Below are positions 43,130 to 45,714 of a stretch of DNA of 45,714 bases, piece by piece. Source of the DNA: a virus. Its lineage: Duplodnaviria; Heunggongvirae; Uroviricota; Caudoviricetes. The position numbers and the translations under genes were made by a program. The notes under the pieces were generated by a model. The model was not told where the DNA came from. It saw only the letters and a list, made by a program, of their open reading frames with translations, and made no database searches. Where the stretch lies: the IMG/VR virus record IMGVR_UViG_2718218126_000004; one strand, given 5' to 3'. How positions within the stretch are numbered: the stretch's first letter is position 1; the number at the start of each line of letters is the position of its first letter.

Positions 43130-43666
43130 ATGTCATTTATTAAAACTTTTTCCGGGAAGCATTTTTATTATGACAAGATAAATAAAGACGACATCGATAT
43201 TAACGATATCGCGGTTTCCCTTTCAAATATCTGTCGCTTTGCCGGTCATCTTTCGCACTTCTACAGCGTCGCCCAACATGCGGTTCTTTGCAGCCAGCTG
43301 GTGCCGCAGGAATTTGCTTTTGAAGCGTTAATGCATGATGCAACAGAAGCGTATTGCCAGGACATTCCCGCACCACTGAAACGCCTTCTTCCTGACTATA
43401 AACGGATGGAAGAAAAAATAGACGCCGTAATCCGTGAGAAATACGGGTTACCCCCAGTTATGAGTACACCCGTGAAATATGCCGATCTCATCATGCTGGC
43501 AACCGAACGCCGCGATCTCGGGCTTGATGATGGCTCTTTCTGGCCTGTATTGGAAGGCATCCCGGCAACAGAGATGTTCAACGTGATTCCACTGGCACCG
43601 GGTCATGCCTACGGGATGTTTATGGAACGTTTTAACGATTTATCGGAGTTACGCAAATGCGCATGA
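43130..43666 (+). CDS. yfdR: HD-domain phosphohydrolase (YfdR-like 5'-deoxynucleotidase)
   Basis: 178 aa from the ATG; HD-domain residues (H...HD...D: FAGHLSHFYSVAQHAVLCS, ALMHDATEAYCQDIP); length matches YfdR. Confidence 0.7.
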   Translation: MSFIKTFSGKHFYYDKINKDDIDINDIAVSLSNICRFAGHLSHFYSVAQHAVLCSQLVPQEFAFEALMHDATEAYCQDIPAPLKRLLPDYKRMEEKIDAVIREKYGLPPVMSTPVKYADLIMLATERRDLGLDDGSFWPVLEGIPATEMFNVIPLAPGHAYGMFMERFNDLSELRKCA

Positions 43667-44019
43667 ATGTTTTCGAAATGGAAGGGTTTCTTCGCGGGAA
43701 ATGTGTACCGCGAGATCTGAAAGTGAATGAAACAAATGCTGAGTACCTGTTACGTAAATTCGACGCGCTTGAAGCTAAATGTGCGGCACTGGAAAACAAA
43801 ATAATACCAGTGTCAGCTGAACTGCCACCAGCAAATGAAAGTGTTCTGTTATTTGATGCTAATGGAGAAGGCTGGCTGATTGGCTGGCGTTCTCTCTGGT
43901 ACACCTGGGGACAAAAAGAAACCGGAGAATGGCAGTGGACATTTCAGGTCGGGGACCTTGAAAACGTCAATATCACTCACTGGGCAGTAATGCCAAAAGC
44001 ACCGGAGGCTGGAGCATAA
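43657..44019 (+). CDS. yfdS: DUF551-like prophage protein (YfdS-like)
   Basis: 120 aa; C-terminal W-rich region ending ITHWAVMPKAPE resembles the DUF551 signature. Confidence 0.55.
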   Translation: MRMNVFEMEGFLRGKCVPRDLKVNETNAEYLLRKFDALEAKCAALENKIIPVSAELPPANESVLLFDANGEGWLIGWRSLWYTWGQKETGEWQWTFQVGDLENVNITHWAVMPKAPEAGA

Positions 44020-44324
44020 TGACCACATTTACCAATAAAGAACTGATTAAAGAAATCAAAGAACGAATCAGCAGCCTAGAGGTTCGAGACGATATTGAGC
44101 GCCGTGCTTATGAAATCGCACTCGTATCTCTGGAAGTAGAGCCAGATGAACGCGAAGCCTATGAATTATTCATGGAAAAGCGTTTCGGTGACTTAGTAGA
44201 TCGTCGTAGAGTAAAAAACGGCGATAACGAATACATGGCATGGGATATGACTCTCGGTTGGATCGTCTGGCAGCAACGAGCTGGTATCCATTTTTCAACA
44301 ATGACACAGCAAGAGGTGAAATAA
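44019..44324 (+). CDS. yfdT: Hypothetical early protein (YfdT-like)
   Basis: 101 aa; ATG overlaps the preceding stop (TAATG); length and context match CPS-53 yfdT as recalled. Confidence 0.5.
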   Translation: MTTFTNKELIKEIKERISSLEVRDDIERRAYEIALVSLEVEPDEREAYELFMEKRFGDLVDRRRVKNGDNEYMAWDMTLGWIVWQQRAGIHFSTMTQQEVK

Positions 44325-44695
44325 TGGAGCCATACAGCCTCACACTCGATGAGGCCTGTCAGTTTCTTAAGATATCCAGACCAACCGCCACCAACTGGAT
44401 ACGAACAGGCCGCCTACAGGCAACACGTAAAGATCCAACCAAGCCAAAATCTCCTTACCTCACAACACGGCAAGCTTGCATTGCGGCGCTTCAGTCTCCG
44501 CTGCATACTGTCCAGGTGAGCGCGGGTGATGGCATAACAGAGGAAAGAAAATGTCACTCTTCCGCAGAAATGAAATATGGTATGCCTCGTATTCGCTCCC
44601 GGGCGGGAAACGAATTAAGGAATCTCTTGGCACAAAGGACAAGCGGCAAGCTCAGGAGTTGCACGACAAGCGAAAAGCAGAACTCTGGCGAGTAG
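44324..44695 (+). CDS. AlpA/Xis-like HTH excisionase candidate (3' end uncertain; frame overlaps the integrase start by ~145 nt)
   Basis: ATG with AGAGGTGA RBS; N-terminus [38 protein letters not shown] is a typical AlpA/excisionase HTH; sits immediately upstream of int. Confidence 0.45.
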   Translation: MEPYSLTLDEACQFLKISRPTATNWIRTGRLQATRKDPTKPKSPYLTTRQACIAALQSPLHTVQVSAGDGITEERKCHSSAEMKYGMPRIRSRAGNELRNLLAQRTSGKLRSCTTSEKQNSGE

Positions 44696-45714
44696 AAAAG
44701 CTAGGGGATTTACCTGATGTCACTTTTGAAGAGGCCTGCCTAAGATGGCTTGAGGAAAAAGCTGATAAAAAATCTCTCGATTCAGATAAAAGCCGGATTG
44801 AGTTCTGGCTTGAACATTTTGAGGGTATAAGGCTTAAAGATATCTCGGAGGCAAAGATTTACTCTGCTGTAAGCAGAATGCATAACAGAAAGACGAAAGA
44901 AATATGGAAACAGAAAGTTCAGGCCGCCATCAGGAAAGGTAAAGAACCGCCTGTTTATGAACCAAAGCCAGTATCAACTCAGACAAAGGCAAAGCATCTT
45001 GCCATGATAAAGGCCATTCTCCGTGCTGCAGAACGCGACTGGAAGTGGCTGGAAAAAGCGCCTGTCATCAAGATACCAGCGGTCAGAAACAAGCGAGTCA
45101 GATGGCTGGAAAAGGAGGAAGCAAAACGCCTTATTGATGAGTGCCCCGAACCACTGAAATCTGTCGTCAAGTTTGCGCTGGCAACTGGTCTGAGAAAGTC
45201 GAACATCATAAATCTGGAATGGCAACAAATCGACATGCAGCGACGAGTTGCCTGGGTGAATCCAGAAGAGAGCAAATCAAACCGCGCCATTGGTGTGGCG
45301 CTGAACGATACCGCCTGTAAAGTGTTGCGTGATCAAATAGGCAAGCATCACAAATGGGTGTTTGTACATACCAAGGCGGCTAAGCGAGCAGATGGAACAT
45401 CAACGCCTGCGGTCAGGAAGATGCGCATCGACAGCAAGACATCATGGCTATCAGCTTGTCGTCGTGCAGGAATTGAAGATTTCCGTTTCCATGACCTCAG
45501 ACACACCTGGGCAAGCTGGCTGATTCAGTCAGGCGTCCCATTATCAGTGCTTCAGGAAATGGGCGGATGGGAGTCCATAGAAATGGTTCGTAGGTATGCT
45601 CACCTTGCGCCTAATCATTTGACAGAGCATGCGAGGAAAATAGACGACATTTTTGGTGATAATGTCCCAAATATGTCCCACTCTGGAATTATGGAGGATA
45701 TAAAGAAGGCGTAA
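44551..45714 (+). CDS. intD: Tyrosine recombinase, prophage integrase (DLP12 IntD-like)
   Basis: 387 aa; N-terminus [52 protein letters not shown] matches recalled DLP12 IntD; C-terminal catalytic motifs (R...[39 protein letters not shown]); the ORF stop is the last base of the window. Confidence 0.95.
   Translation: MSLFRRNEIWYASYSLPGGKRIKESLGTKDKRQAQELHDKRKAELWRVEKLGDLPDVTFEEACLRWLEEKADKKSLDSDKSRIEFWLEHFEGIRLKDISEAKIYSAVSRMHNRKTKEIWKQKVQAAIRKGKEPPVYEPKPVSTQTKAKHLAMIKAILRAAERDWKWLEKAPVIKIPAVRNKRVRWLEKEEAKRLIDECPEPLKSVVKFALATGLRKSNIINLEWQQIDMQRRVAWVNPEESKSNRAIGVALNDTACKVLRDQIGKHHKWVFVHTKAAKRADGTSTPAVRKMRIDSKTSWLSACRRAGIEDFRFHDLRHTWASWLIQSGVPLSVLQEMGGWESIEMVRRYAHLAPNHLTEHARKIDDIFGDNVPNMSHSGIMEDIKKA

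Overview
The window holds an essentially complete, mosaic lambdoid prophage of enterobacterial (E. coli-like) type, about 43 kb, bounded by a tyrosine integrase at the right end (ORF stops at 45714) and a tail-fibre/Pin invertase region at the left. Minus strand, right to left: Cro-like/CII-position gene, O-like replication initiator with internal iterons, a nin-like region (RusA, KilA-N antirepressor, DUF968), QuuD-like antiterminator, then an intact NmpC porin moron on the plus strand, a DLP12-type lysis cassette (EssD-like holin, RrrD-like endolysin, Rz/Rz1), a lambda-type cos site with Nu1/A terminase, and a complete lambda-like head and tail gene set (W, B, C/Nu3, D, E, FI, FII, Z, U, V, G/T with slippery site, H, M, L, K, I, J, lom, stf, tfa). 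Plus strand: CI-type repressor, CPS-53-like early-left genes (yfdP/Q/R/S/T-like), an excisionase-like gene and the integrase. Most notable: a 3007-bp tandem duplication that creates truncated J and lom copies; an apparent frameshift at the end of L; an AT-rich coiled-coil/zinc-ribbon gene of unknown function in the rex/sieB-equivalent position next to cI; a highly structured ~400-bp non-coding leader with no N-like gene; and small cargo modules in the Rz-cos hotspot and beyond the tail fibres. All family assignments rest on reading the translated ORFs and on recalled reference sequences; no database search was run. The ORF track uses alternative start codons, so several starts were re-placed at internal ATGs.
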